Shown: positions 39,744-52,074 of the stretch, one piece after another
Numbering within the stretch: position 1 is the first letter of the stretch
How the letters are laid out: each line of letters starts with the position of its first letter
Assembly (NCBI RefSeq): GCF_000315625.1
Contig: NW_005434585.1
Coordinates: forward strand, 202,335 to 266,334
DNA: 64,000 bases
Source: Guillardia theta CCMP2712
Taxonomy: Eukaryota > Protista > Cryptophyta
Direction of reading: 5' to 3'
The notes under the pieces: model-generated
Seen by the model: the letters and a program-made list of their open reading frames with translations, nothing else
The model's database searches: none
What the model was told of the DNA's origin: nothing
Made by a program: the position numbers and the translations under genes

Positions 39744-42700
39744 GTGGGGAGGATCCACATCGACGTCGAGATGGTCGAGTGGGCGATTCAGAGCATGAGC
39801 AAGGAGATGGCGAGCTACATGCTGCTGCGCAAGCCTTTCTTCAAGGCCGTCAGGATGAACATCACAGTCAGGTGACGAAAGGATGTCCGCTCCTCCTCCT
39901 GCTCCCTCCTCTTCTGCTCCTCCTCCCCCTCCTGCTTCCCTTCCTTTTGCTCCACCTTCCTTCCTCTGCACTTCCTTCCTCCTCTTGCTCCTCCTCCCTC
40001 TCCTCCTCCCCCTCCCCCTCTTACTCCTCACTCTTACCCTCACAGCTTGCACTGGAACTGCCTCGGGTCTCCCTTCGAACATCATCTTACCCAGATGGTC
40101 TCCGAGACCATGACAAGAGCCAACGGGAGCGGCTCCCCGCCCCCTCCTCCTCACCTCTCCTCCTCCTCCTATCCGGACAGGATCTCGCGCAACTCGTCGG
40201 AAATCAGCGAGTTCGAGGATGCGATCTCGGCAGTCGACGACAGCCAATGGGACGCCCCCAGCAGCCACCCAGCTGGGGAAGATGAAGCTGAGGAGGGAGG
40301 GGAGGAGGCAGGTGGCGGGGTGCTGGGGTCGAACTTCGACACCTTCCGGTCGTTCCGCTCCTCCGCGCTCGCGTTGACGTCCAGGTTGTCAACCTTTGCA
40401 GCTCACAGCGTCTTGCATCTCAACACCATCCGATGGCTCAAGGTCTACTCCTCCTTCCCTCCTCCAGCTCCATCCCTCCTGCCTCCCCTCGTTCCCCTCT
40501 CCCTTCCTTCCTCTGCCTTCCTTGCTTCTCCTGTCTCCCTCCCCATTGCTGCTTCCCTCCCTCTCTCCCTGCTCACCTCCCTCCCTCCTCTGACTAGCCC
40601 TGCAGGCGTTCATGTCTGCGTTCGAGATGGACGCTGATCCCGTGATCCGATTCACGGGGAAGGTGGAGGAGAGGAGCGGGAAGTGCTGGAAGGTGGCGAA
40701 CGTCAAGAGCTCGTTCGGCAAGCATGTCAAGGCGATGAACATCATGCTGCTCAGCAAGAACCTGGAGCTCGACTGCTTCTACGTCGGAGAGCACAGGGAG
40801 TTTGCGGGGGAGGCTGCCGCAGCCAAGAGCACAGTGCTGGCGTTCACTGGGGAGAGTCTGCAGGTGAGGAAGAGGGAAGACTGGAGAGGAGTGGAGAGAG
40901 GAGGGAGGAAGAGAAGAGGGAGGGGAGATGGGAGTAAGATAGCTGCTGTCGTGCTGTGTCGTGCCTCAACACACTTCCCTCAGTCTCCTTCCCTAAGTGT
41001 CATTCCCCAAGTCAGCAACGTGCTTTTCTCAGCTCTTGCTCGCAACTTGTTCCTCTGTATCTCAATTGTGTCTCACAGGATGACATGTATCTCCCCAGCA
41101 TCTCGCGTGTATCTCGCGAATCTCACTTGTATCTCACTTGTATCTCGCAGGTCAACACGAGGGTGGAGCGATCGTCGCTGAGCCTCGGCGGGGAGCAGCA
41201 GCACGAGGACGCGGTTGACGACCTGGAGAACGCGACCGGGTCATGGCAGACGGTTGATACCTCCCTGAGGATGAAGAACCTGGTCGTCGCCGCCCTCCCT
41301 CCCGTCGTCGGAGAAGACTTGACCGTCTCTCCTGCTCATCCCATCGCCTCTGCAGTCGAGGTCGAGTTCCTCTCCGGTGAATCCCTGCAGACCAAGGGCA
41401 AGTCGCAGGTCGACTCGCTGTCGCCGCAGCGGACGAACAGGACGGCGTCGATCACTCGGAGCATGGAAGCAAAGCTGAGCAAAGACCCGTCTAACTTAGA
41501 GGGAGCTGAGATGCACCAGTGGCTGCTCAGGCAGCACAGCATCCTCAGCTGGAGACAACGCAGGAGGTCAGCTCAGTCTCCCCAGCCTGCCCAACTCTCC
41601 GTCTCCTCCCTCCAGCAGGTGCTCAGCAGCCTGGTGAAGGCGAGGCTCATCCACGACCACACCTACCGCTTCAAGGTCTACCACCGCGTCTTCCTGGGCA
41701 CTCAGTTCGTCGACTGGTGCCTGCAGGAGAACTGGAGCAGCTCGAGGGAGGAGGCGGTGGTGCTGGGGCAGAGTCTCATGGACGAGAAGTTGATCCGTCG
41801 GGTCCCGCAGTCCCCTCACTTCGAGGACTCGCCCACCTTCTACCGCATCCGCGAGTCTGTGGTCCCCGAGCAGACGGTCGAGCTGGACAGCAACAGCTGG
41901 AGCAAGGTGTGGGGGAGCCAGAGGCCAGGACGGGCCAAGTTGAAGGAGGAGCAGGGGATGGTGGGGAACGAGGACCCCTCCTTCAAGCTCATTCTGAGGG
42001 GGCTCTGCCTCCAGTGGACCAGCGAAATCCGGGAGATCATGAGGGACTGGCAAGTCCTCTACACCCTCGCCACCCGCTCCCACGTCAGCCGCAGGTACCC
42101 TGTGATCGACTGCTCCAGCTCGCCCCCAGCTGAGAGCTCCCCCTCCACGATGACTTCGGATGAGGAGGCCAGGGTCTCCCCAGCTCTGGCCCAGCCCTCG
42201 TCCTCTTCAGCAGCGATGCTGGAGAGCGAGGCGGGGGTGAGCCTGGTGGAGCATCTGATCAAGACGTCGATGCTGCAGACGAGCGCGTACGTCGAGTCGA
42301 GCCAGGGGAAGGACGGGGAGCGAGGCTTTACCTCCATCCTCACCTCCCCGCGGGGAGAGGACAGGAGCACGACCTCCAACATCGTCAGCTCCATCGCCCT
42401 CCTCAAGAACAAGATGCCCAAAAGGTGCGACGTGCGGTGGATCGTGCAGTTCCTGGACGCGCAGCTCGGGGTTGAGACGGGGGAGCTGGCCGGGCCCGGG
42501 TCGGGAGCTGAGAGGGTCATCGTGCATGCTGAGAGCGGGACCATGAAGCTGCTCTACTTCGACTTCTCGTCCGGGCAGGGGGTGGGAGGGGAGGGGAACA
42601 AGTCAGACACGGAGATCAGGCTGCTGGAGATGAGCAACCTGCAGGCGTTCGTGGTAGAGAAGGACCGGGAAGCCGACGCGTCCGCTGGGAGGGGAGAGCC

Positions 42701-43845
42701 GTCGAGCATCGTGGAGAGGTGGGGGACGACGGTGTGGAGGACGAAGGAACAGGGTGCCGACCTGCTCCAGCCCGTCCTGTCGATCGAGGGGCTGGACGAG
42801 AGGGGCCGGCCGGACCCGACGGGAACTGCCATGTCCCTCTCGCTCTCTAAGGCTGTGACCGACCTCATCGGGAGCCAGACGCAGACCAACGCTCCCAAGG
42901 AGTCAGCTGGGGAGCAGGCGGGGTCGGAGGTTGAGGTTTTGTTCTTCAACCTGAAGCTGGCAACGGACACGAGCCAGTTTCCCCCCCTGCTGAACTGCCT
43001 CAAGGACATGATGACGCCTGTGTCGGCCGACAAGTTCATGGCAGAGGAGACGAGAAACATGCGGCATATGGTTCAGCTCATGCCTCAGGTGGCGCTTGAC
43101 CTCGAGAAGATGAAGGAGGACCAGGTAAGGAACCCTCCTCGTACCACTACTACTCTTTCTCCTCCTCCTCCTCCTCCTCCTCCTCCTCCTCCTCCTCCTC
43201 CTCCTCCTCCTCTTACCTTGTCGTCCAGCTGCGCCTCCTGCAGGAGATTGAGAGTCTACAGAACCGCTACGCCGACATCGAACGACAGCAGCTAAGCATC
43301 TCCTCGGAGGCGCGGGGGCAGGACGGTGAGCTGAGGGCCATCTGGAAGCAGCAGGAGAAGGAGAAGTTCGTGCTGGGGAACCAGCTGGCGGAGAAGAGGG
43401 AGGGGTACGCGCAAGTCTCCAAGAAGATCACTGCTCTGACCACAGCGTCGGAGGCGTCGGAGCAGAAGGACAGGATAGGGCGGATCACGCTGCAGGTCAA
43501 GAGGGGGTCGTGGCTCATAGGGCCGAGGGAGAAGCGGATAGCAAACCTGTCCATCCGGGGGGTGAGGTTTTCCCAGCTCAACAACGTGGCCCTTGGGGTT
43601 CCCATCGACTACACGTTCCGCCTTTCCTTCCTACAGATCGAGAGCTTGCTCGAGGACCCGGTGACTCCCAAGATTCTCCCCTTCTTCCTCCTCATCCTCC
43701 TCATTCTCCTCCTCCTCCTGCTTCTCTTCCTCATCCTCCTCCTTCTGCTCCTTCTACCCCTACTTGCTTTATCCAGCTGCTCTTGTTTCTGTTGCTGGTA
43801 CCCACACTTCTTCCTCGTCGTCTGCTGCTCCTGCTTTTGCTCCTA

Positions 43846-43883
<38 letters not shown>

Positions 43884-45644
43884 GCCGCTGCTCCTGCCGC
43901 TGCTCCTGCTGCTCCTGCTGCTGCTTCACTCTCCGCCCACTCCTCTCCCATCTCACTCTACGCTTGCCGTCCTTCTTCTCACACATCGGATCTGCAGTGG
44001 AACGCCGACTTCCGGCAAGTGCTCGGACCTCTCTACAGCAAGGATGACTTCAACTTCGTCGACGACAAGTTCTTCAACAGGAGCGACTCAGCCATGCTCT
44101 CTGTGCATGCCGAGCAGCTGGCCAAGCCCGAGGGAGATCAAGTCGTTTTCTCCCTCTTCTCTGTTGAGATCTATCCTATCAAGATCCAGATCACCGAGGT
44201 CTTCTCATCTCCTCCTCTCTCCCTCGCTTCCTCTCTCCCTCCCCTCCTCCATTTCTGCTCCCTCCCCTCATTCCCTGTCTCTCCCTCCTTTCATGACGGC
44301 GGCTACTTCTGCTCCTACTCCATTCATCTTTTCCTTCCCCGTTATCTCGCTTCCTCTCTCCGTTTCCTACCTCCTTTCTTCTTGTATGGCACTGAATTCT
44401 TTCCTCTATCTCCCCCTCCTTCCTCACCCTGCATCCTCTTGCCTCCCTCCCTCCATCCCTCCGCCCGCCCGCCCTCCTCCCCTCCCCTCTCCTCTCTTCC
44501 CTTCACAGGACCTCTACAATGGCATCTACACATTCTTCTTCCCCGGCAAGTGGAAGGTGAACCAGGGACTGAGGGAGTGGGAGCACGAGGGGCTCCCCCT
44601 GTACCTGTACGACAAGGAGAACCGCAAGGTCGTCCTCCTTGAGCAGAAGCGACAGTTCTACCATGTCGTCAAGAAGTCTGCTCGCCCCTCCCTCACCGAC
44701 GACTCCAACCTCTTCTCCGTCTCCTCCGCCACGAGGAGGAAGAGCGTCGATGCCTTCGCAGGAGTGGATCAGGTCATCTCCTTCTCCTCCTCCTCGCCTT
44801 CCTTGTGCTCGTTCGCCTCGATCCCCTCCTCCTCTCGCCCTTCTTGTGCTCGTTCGCCTCGATCCCCTTCTCCTCACCCTCGTCCTCTTTCTTGTCCTCC
44901 TCCTCCTTATCCTCGTGCTGCTTGACGTCCTCCTACTCCTCCTCCTCCTGCCAACCCCTTGCCCCTGCTCACCTATCCCTCCCTTCCAAGTGTTGAAGGT
45001 CTCGTGGCTGCCAGGTGCGGGACGGGGAGGGCAAGGCAAGGCTCTACGAGGAAGCAAGCTTCATCTTCCCCGCAGGCGAAGGGTCGAGGTTCGTTGCGAG
45101 GACGAACAAGGACGTGGAGGAGATGAAGTTGAGAGCTCGCGATCACATTGAGTTCAACGACGTCCGCTTCCTCTCCTGCCTCCGGCAACGAGGCCTCGAG
45201 GTCTCCATCAGCTACAAGAGCAGGAAGGGAGCTATCCCTGACATCGACAACCTCGTCGTCGAGCTCCCCGACGTCAACTTCCCCAAGGAGCGGCAGCATG
45301 ACGGCGCCATCGTGTGCACATGGCAGGAGCTGTACCACATGTGGCTGCACGAAGTGAAGTGGCCAGTCATCAGCCAGGTGACCCGCAGCATCTGGGACAA
45401 AGTGAAGTGGAGGAGGAGGGCTGCAGACACAAGCTTCTCCGGCATGGAGGCGGTTGGGAAGGAGCGAGTGCTGGAGCGCAAGGGCTCGAGCGAGGAGTAC
45501 AGCAAGGTGGCCAAGTCCATCTACTCCCCCAGGGGAGGCTCGATCCACACGGAGGAAGCGTTCCGCGAGAAGGAGATGCTGCAGGCACGGTCCTCCTACC
45601 TCACGCAGAAGAGCATCAGCCAAGTTCGCAACAGCTACTTGTAG
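31806..45644 (+). CDS. BLTP2: Bridge-like lipid transfer protein BLTP2/KIAA0100/SABRE/Fmp27/Hobbit family, with DEP-like insertion
   Basis: N-terminal TM (ILILVIGIGVFIKYI); DDR|FEVWMSAFYRLQLDESRERERRE; RIRDYSEPLL; DPSPPLSSWDK|ARMLLHG; LLSDKNPYE; Apt1-like VEIYPIKIQITE|DLYNGIYTFFFPG and DVEEMKLRA..VSISYKSRKG; stop at 45644. Confidence 0.85.
33737..33885. repeat. (GAT)n/(GGA) intronic microsatellite, representative of many (CCT, CCTGCT, GGA, CAT, CAG) tracts
   Basis: Directly visible triplet tract inside a BLTP2 intron. Confidence 0.95.
36874..36914. repeat. (TGACA)n pentanucleotide microsatellite in BLTP2 intron
   Basis: About eight tandem TGACA units. Confidence 0.9.
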
Positions 45645-45680
45645 TCCTCTCCTCTTGTACTCTGCTGTAAATCTTATCTC

Positions 45681-46070
45681 TCACGCGCTCTCCCCTTTGC
45701 GGTACCTCCACAACCCTCCATACCTGTAGTCCGGGTGGTCCAGGTCCCCGTCAGGTACTCCGCCACTCACATCCTTCCAGCACTTCCCGCACACGAGCCT
45801 CCAGCCCTGCCACTCCTTGCAGCTGCACCGGATCAGAACCTCGCACTCCTGCTTCTCGCATCGCTCGCAGCTCTTCCTGCCGCTCTGCCGCTTCGCCTGC
45901 TTCTGCTCCTTCGCCGCCAGCTTTCGGTTCTTCCTTGCAAGCTTCCTATCCTCCTCGGAGAGCAGCCGCTCATCTTTCTTCGAGATGACTTCTGGCTTGA
46001 CCGATGATGCATCCTCCACCGCCTCATCCAGATGCACTTCGCCAAGGTTCTCGGATCCAACCGCTGTCAT
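45681..46070 (-). CDS. Small Cys-rich conserved hypothetical protein (start may lie further upstream)
   Basis: Basic helix followed by CERC..LIRC..WRLVCGKCWKDVSGG..DG..HPDYRYGGLW, a probable zinc-binding motif; convergent with BLTP2, 36 bp apart. Confidence 0.65.
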   Translation of the reverse strand: MTAVGSENLGEVHLDEAVEDASSVKPEVISKKDERLLSEEDRKLARKNRKLAAKEQKQAKRQSGRKSCERCEKQECEVLIRCSCKEWQGWRLVCGKCWKDVSGGVPDGDLDHPDYRYGGLWRYRKGESA

Positions 46071-46723
46071 GCTCAGCAGTCTTGCTCGCACGAAAGGAGG
46101 TGAAGTCCAACAAGGCTTCACCTCTACAGGACGGAAAGGTAGAGAAGGAGCTCGTAAAACCAGCACGTTCACCGAAGTCACTTGCTTCAGGATGAGCGAG
46201 GGGACGAGAAGCAAGAGGTTGAGGTGAGGACGAATCTTGACGACGGAGGCAATCACGGGTTTAAGAGAGGAGTGGATGCTGAAGGGCGGCACGCGCAGAG
46301 AGATTGAAAGAGGACGATCCAAGTTGTATCGATGTTGGAGGAGGAGGAGGAGGAGGAGGAGGAGGAGGAGGAGGTGGTGGTGGTGGTGGTGGAGGAGGAG
46401 GAGGAGGAGGAGGAGGAGGAGGAGGTGGTGGTGGTGGTGGTGGTGGTGGTGGAGGAGGAGGAGGAGGTGGTGGTGGTGGTGGTGGTGCTTTGGACTTTAT
46501 ATGTCCAAAATACAACCAGCACAGGCTGCATCGGGCCTGCCAGATATCAGTGGAATTCCACCCCTACCCACCTACCCACCTACCAGCCAGCCTACCAGCC
46601 CCCTACAGACCTACCTACCCTAGTCCCTACCCCACCCTACCCCCTCGTTCCCTGGTCCCACACCATCCCCACCTATCGGACCACTTCTTTTTTTGGACGG
46701 CCCGCCAGCTCCTAATCGGCATC

Positions 46724-48415
46724 ATGGCAGGAGCCTGCGGGCTTGCGCTGCTCGGGATGGTGACGCTGCTGCTCTTGGAGCAGGCTGAGGCTGTGAAGTC
46801 TGTCCCTTGTGGTTCTTGCTCCTTCCAGATCTCAGACACCGGGGTTCTCTCTCGGGTGCGAAGCTGTGCCAACGACTGTACCTCCTTGTTTCTGAGCTCC
46901 AAGGGCATCAAAACCATCCAGGCCAGAACGTTTGATGGGCTTTCAGACTTGAGCACGTTATACCTCTCGGGCAACAAACTCTCAAACCTTGCGACAGACA
47001 CCTTCTACGGAGCTTGGAACCTGAGAACGCTCTCGTTGGACAGCAATGAGCTTGTTACGCTTCCCGCAAGGTCGTTCGATGGCTTCACGCAACTGAGTAC
47101 TTTATACCTCTCCAACAACAAGCTCAGCGTGCTGCAGGCAGACATGTTCCAGGGGCTTTCGTCTCTGTCGACGCTTAAGCTCGTAAACAACCCGATAACC
47201 GTCCTTCAGGCCGAGACTTTCAGCAGACTGTCAGGCTTGTTCTCCTTGTATCTTTCTAACTGCAAAATCAGTACCATAGAAGCGAAGGCATTCAAAGGGC
47301 TGCAAAGACTATACCAGCTCTATCTGGACGGCAACATGATCTCTGATCTACAAGCGGGCACCTTCGCAGAGGTCTCGGGGTTGTATGAGCTGCACCTCGA
47401 CTACAATCAGATCGTAAGTCTTGGAGCTGGTGCCTTCGATGGGCTGCGAAACTTGAGGTCCTTGCATCTGAACAACAACAAGATCATCAAGATCGCCGTC
47501 GGAGCCTTTGCTGGGCTCTCAAGACTCTCCAATCTTCATCTTGACAACAACCGTCTCAGCGACCTCGAGGCAGGAGTGTTCAGCAAGCTCTCGAGCATGC
47601 AGGATCTGCACCTCTACAACAACTCCTTGACAAGAGTGGGGCCGGGGATGTTCGACGGGCTGGAGGGCCTGCAGAAGTTGTTCCTCTACAGGAACGCCAT
47701 CAGCTGTGTCGCCACCAGAGCCTTTGACAAACTTAAGAAGATCTCTTACCTGGACATACAGGACAACCCGATCCCCTGCTATGACAGCAGCTGGCCCACC
47801 TTGATCCAAGTGAAGCCCGGGCTGCAGCCCTGCACGGTCGAGACGAACTGCACTAGGCTGGCTCCCACCCCAGGGCCGATCAAGATAGTCATTTTCGCGG
47901 TCGAGTTCGAGCTGATTCTCGAGCAGTTCGCGGCGATCAGGGACAAGTACGAGGCGAGCTTCGCCGCAGCCGCGCGTGTTGATCGATCCCTGGTGAACGT
48001 CTTGGAGGTCAAAGAGGCCTCCGCCCGTCGGACAAGGCCAGGCAGGGCGCTGCTAGCTAGCGGGATAGTGGTGTTGACGGAGGTAAAGGTTCCTCAGTCC
48101 TACGACGACAGCAGCTTGACCGTGGACAAGGAAGTGCTGAATGCGCAGCTGGAGAGAGACGGCCTTCCAGCAAGCAAGAGTGTGAAGCGAGTGTCTGGAG
48201 GGGATACAAAGGGGCTCAGCATGACGGACTACATAATCGTTCTGGTTGTGAGCGGGGTCGTCTTCGTTTTAGTTGTCGCTCTTGTCGCTCGATGCCTTGC
48301 GAGGAAGAGGATCGTACAGATGGAGATGTTTGAGATCCGAACCTTCCCATCAGGTGAGCTGCATGAAAGGCACAAAACTCAACAGTCCCGCAAGGATGTT
48401 TCGTATGACATCTGA
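46724..48415 (+). CDS. Type I membrane leucine-rich-repeat protein (intronless)
   Basis: Signal peptide MAGACGLALLGMVTLLLLEQAEA, Cys cap, about 13 24-aa repeats (LxxLxLxxNxLxxLxxxxFxGL), Cys C-cap, stalk with RALLA, TM IIVLVVSGVVFVLVVALVA, short cytosolic tail. Confidence 0.9.
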   Translation: MAGACGLALLGMVTLLLLEQAEAVKSVPCGSCSFQISDTGVLSRVRSCANDCTSLFLSSKGIKTIQARTFDGLSDLSTLYLSGNKLSNLATDTFYGAWNLRTLSLDSNELVTLPARSFDGFTQLSTLYLSNNKLSVLQADMFQGLSSLSTLKLVNNPITVLQAETFSRLSGLFSLYLSNCKISTIEAKAFKGLQRLYQLYLDGNMISDLQAGTFAEVSGLYELHLDYNQIVSLGAGAFDGLRNLRSLHLNNNKIIKIAVGAFAGLSRLSNLHLDNNRLSDLEAGVFSKLSSMQDLHLYNNSLTRVGPGMFDGLEGLQKLFLYRNAISCVATRAFDKLKKISYLDIQDNPIPCYDSSWPTLIQVKPGLQPCTVETNCTRLAPTPGPIKIVIFAVEFELILEQFAAIRDKYEASFAAAARVDRSLVNVLEVKEASARRTRPGRALLASGIVVLTEVKVPQSYDDSSLTVDKEVLNAQLERDGLPASKSVKRVSGGDTKGLSMTDYIIVLVVSGVVFVLVVALVARCLARKRIVQMEMFEIRTFPSGELHERHKTQQSRKDVSYDI

Positions 48416-48707
48416 ATCACCACTAAATGGGCCGGGCTAGACAGCAATTTTTTTACAGGCCTCTTCTTGTCTAGCAGCAGCAGGGTCTGTAGTGTCAACT
48501 CCTAATGTTTACATGTAAACTGGTTTGTGTTATGTTAACTTCTCTCTCATCTCCTAGACATCTTCTGTGAACTTGCGGCACTGACCTGATGAACATTCAA
48601 CCGTCAAACATCTCAAGGTGGTCGGAAATGATTTGTGTGCTGGTGGAGACCAGTCGACCCCTCCCCCCGCAATTCAGTACCAGCAAGTTTACTTATCCTG
48701 CTACATA

Positions 48708-48736
48708 ATGCATCGTCCATGTCGAGGCTTCCGTCC

Positions 48737-48770
<34 letters not shown>

Positions 48771-51700
48771 ACGGACAGGGGGAGAGGAGGAGGGGAGAGG
48801 GGAGAAGGACGAAGAGGAGGAAGATCTCTCCAGGAGGAGGAGGCGAGGGGGGAGGGCGTGAGAGACTGTGATTGTCAACTCCTGTCCCCTGAAAGCATTT
48901 GGCGACCTAGACAGAGCTACTGGGAGTCATGGACGGTAGCTGCGCACTGGAGGGCGTCGAGATTTCTTGGGAGGAAGGGAAGGAAGCGATCGGAGAGGGA
49001 GAGAGAGTGGAGGAGCAGAGCTCTCCTCTCCCTCCCGTTCCCTCTCCTCGTCTTGCAAGGGAGCGATGCTTCCCGAAGCTTTCTCTTGGAGGACTCGAAA
49101 CTACTTCCGCCTCCCGCCTGCGGGAGCATGGAGGAGTGCATGAAGGTGCTGGTGGAGCAAGGCTTCGTCGAGGACACGGCTCTCACTGCTGCTGCTCTCG
49201 CTCGCGCGGGCCCGTTCACTCTTCAGAAATTCCGCTCTATCCTGCACCTCACAGCAGCGGTAGCTGAGGGGATCAGAAACAAGGCTCCTCTCCTGGGGAT
49301 TTTTCGCGACCATGTGGACACACGTCTGCGTCTCACAGAGCTCGTGGGCTCGGTGCAGGAGGCAGTGCGTCAGCTTCCCAGCAGCAGCGACATGCTGCTC
49401 CTGGAGGTGCGGGGGGAGACTTGCTGGCTGCTGCAGTACTGCGATGCCCGTCCTCTGCTCGCCAGAGCCTTCAAGCCCGTCAGGTCAGCCGCGTTTGTGC
49501 TGACGAGGAAGGGGATGCTGAAGCTGAGGAGGATGATTCGATTCTCCCCCCACCTGCTGCTGAACGGCAGGGACGGTATGCTGGCGCAGCTGATCAGGGC
49601 GGGGAAGATGGAGGCGTACTTGGCACTGGAGATGCCGCTGATGGTGGAGGATGTTGGAGGAGAGGAGGGGGAGGAGCAGGTGATGCCGGGGTTCTGTGTG
49701 GAGGAGGAGGATCTGCTAGAGATGATGGTGCTGGATCAGCACTTGCACTTGATGTCTGGCGTTGAGATGAGAGGAACGGTTGATGAGATGGGAGATGAAG
49801 TGAGGATATCAAACGCGGAAGTGTTGGAGCTTGGAGGAGAAGATTCAAATCTTCTCTTCTCCATCCTCGACCTCTCGTTCTTGCAAGATTGGGATCTTTC
49901 CGATGGAAAGGAGATCCACATCATGTCTTTGTCTACTCAGCGCTCGTGGGTTGTTGTCGGTTCATCAAAGGACAAGTCAAAGACCCTTGTAGCGCTCGAT
50001 CAAGAAAGCCTGTGCTATCCGTATGCCAACTGGTGCTCGTTGAACGTCTCGCTGCTCGACGGACAGGGGAACGTGTTGTCTTCTCTGCTCAGGACAACTT
50101 TCATGTCATCCCAGGAACGTCAAAGTCGTCCCCAGCAGCAGTTTGCCTCTTTGCACCCGCTGATCGTGGGTACGTTTGACAACGGCTGGCCTCTCTCCCC
50201 CTTCTACAGCAGGAGCCCTGGTTGTAGTATCTCAAAACATGTCGAAAACGTCAAGCATAAGGGGGAAAGAGAGGAGGACGGGGAGGAGGAGGAGGAGGAA
50301 GGGAGCGAACTGTGGTTGTTCTACCCTGGGAGATATCGAACATGGTTAGAGGACGCGAAGGGGAAGCTGAAGATAATGACCGACTTTCTGAACCAGGGAG
50401 GCAAGTTTGTGTCAGGTGAGTGTTGTCATGTTTGCGCGGCGTTGTCGGGCTGACAAGTTTCAACCAAGATGATGCTGGCTCGCAAGATTTCCACGATTGG
50501 CCGATCTTTGTGATGAATTTACCTCATCGCCATGACAGGAGAAGGTTCATGTGCCTTCTTCTCGCTGGTGTTCTCTCGATCCTGACGTCATGACATGTTT
50601 GTTCCCGACAGTCACATGGAGTCCCTGCTGAGATCAGCCGGTTTCAGCAACTTCTTCATGTTCAGCAACACCCCGGCTCAAGACATTGACATCTCGCAGC
50701 TGCTGCGAGAGAGAAAGATCACAAAGGAAACGATTGACGACATCAGCAGCAAGTTTGGAGGAGGAGCAGTGAGAGCCTACATCGCCAACACCCTGGATCA
50801 GGTGGAGGGAGAGTGCGGATGGAGCAAGGGCCGAGCTCACCTTGTCGCCCTCCAGCTGTCTGTCATCGAGCGAGCAAGGAAGGAGATGTTCCCATTCGTG
50901 ATCATCCTAGAGGACGACCTCCTCCCTCTCGAAATGCCAGGTCCGCTCTCCCTCCCTTGTATCCCCCGCTCCTCTCGCCCCTCACTCTTCCCCCCCCTTG
51001 CTCACCGCTCACCGCCCTCCCTCTCCTTTCTGTTCTGTTTCCTCGTTCCTCCCTCTCCCTCCCTCAGTCCTCTTCCCTTGTTGCCCAGCCTCTTGCAATG
51101 CTGAGAGGAAGTGACAGAGAAGATTCGAGATCGCATACAACGCGCGGTAAGACTCGAAAAAGAGCAGGAGGGAAAGACGAGGAGGAGTAGGGTAGAGTCA
51201 GTGTACAGGAGGATGGAGGGAGCATACCAGGACAGGACAGGACGAGACAGGACAGGACAGGACAGGACAGGACATGACAGGACCGTGACAGGACGGGACG
51301 GGACGGGACAGGACAGGAGAAGACAAGGCAGGACAGGATGGAAAGAGAGGAGAGAGGGACGGGAAGGGAAGGGACAAAGGAGTGACGTCTGGTCAAGGTG
51401 AAAGATTTACCTTCCTCAGCCCATCTGCTCTATTTGGAGTTTTGCTCTGAGAGTTGTGAACTGCTCCGCTACTCTTCCTCTTCCTCTTCCATCGCTATGG
51501 TAGCTCTTCTCTCCTTCCCCAGACCTTTCCTCGTCTACTCCCTTCTTCCTCCCCTCCCCTCCCCTCCCTTCCCTTCCTCTCCTCTCCCGTCCTGTCCCGT
51601 CCTGTCCCCTCTCCTGCTCTCCCCTCCTCCATCGCGTTTTTGTCACTTCTTCGCAGGCCATCAAGCCCTCTTGTTCAGCTGCCATTCTCTACACGCGCAA

Positions 51701-52074
51701 GGGCATCCAAAGGATGTCACAGATAGCGTGGCCCATCCTCTCGGTGTGCCTCTCAGTCCTTCCCCTCCTCCCTCCTTCCCCTTCCCTCCTCCCCCCTCCC
51801 TCCTCCCCCCTCCCTCCTCCCTCCTCCCTCTCCCTCCTCCCTCTCTTCCCTGACTTCTCGACCTTGTCTGCAGGGCATCGATGTGATGCTACCTCGGCTC
51901 GTGTCGGAGGGTCGTCTGGAGGCGTACCTCGCCACTCCTCCTCTCTTCCTGCAGGATCGCTTCTTCGGCTCTGACGCCAACAGGAGTCTCGCTGCCGATA
52001 TGGACGCTCTAAAGTTCGGGGCTGCGGCCGGACATCGAGTGTGCTACACCTGCTGCTCGGGGAAAGACATGTGA
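48708..52074 (+). CDS. Glycosyltransferase family 25-like protein with degenerate N-terminal duplicate domain
   Basis: N-terminal Leu anchor; C-terminal WPIFVMNLPHRHDRR|SHMESLL..LSVIERARKEMFPFVIILEDDL..LPSSAHLLYLEFC..SAAILYTRKG..|GIDVMLPRLVSEGRLEAYLATPPLFLQD; stop at 52074. Confidence 0.75.

Noticed and set aside
46304-46723. Poly-Gly N-terminal extension of the LRR ORF
   Set aside because: Derives from a GGA/GGT microsatellite and a TACCC tract; the signal peptide begins at ATG 46724.
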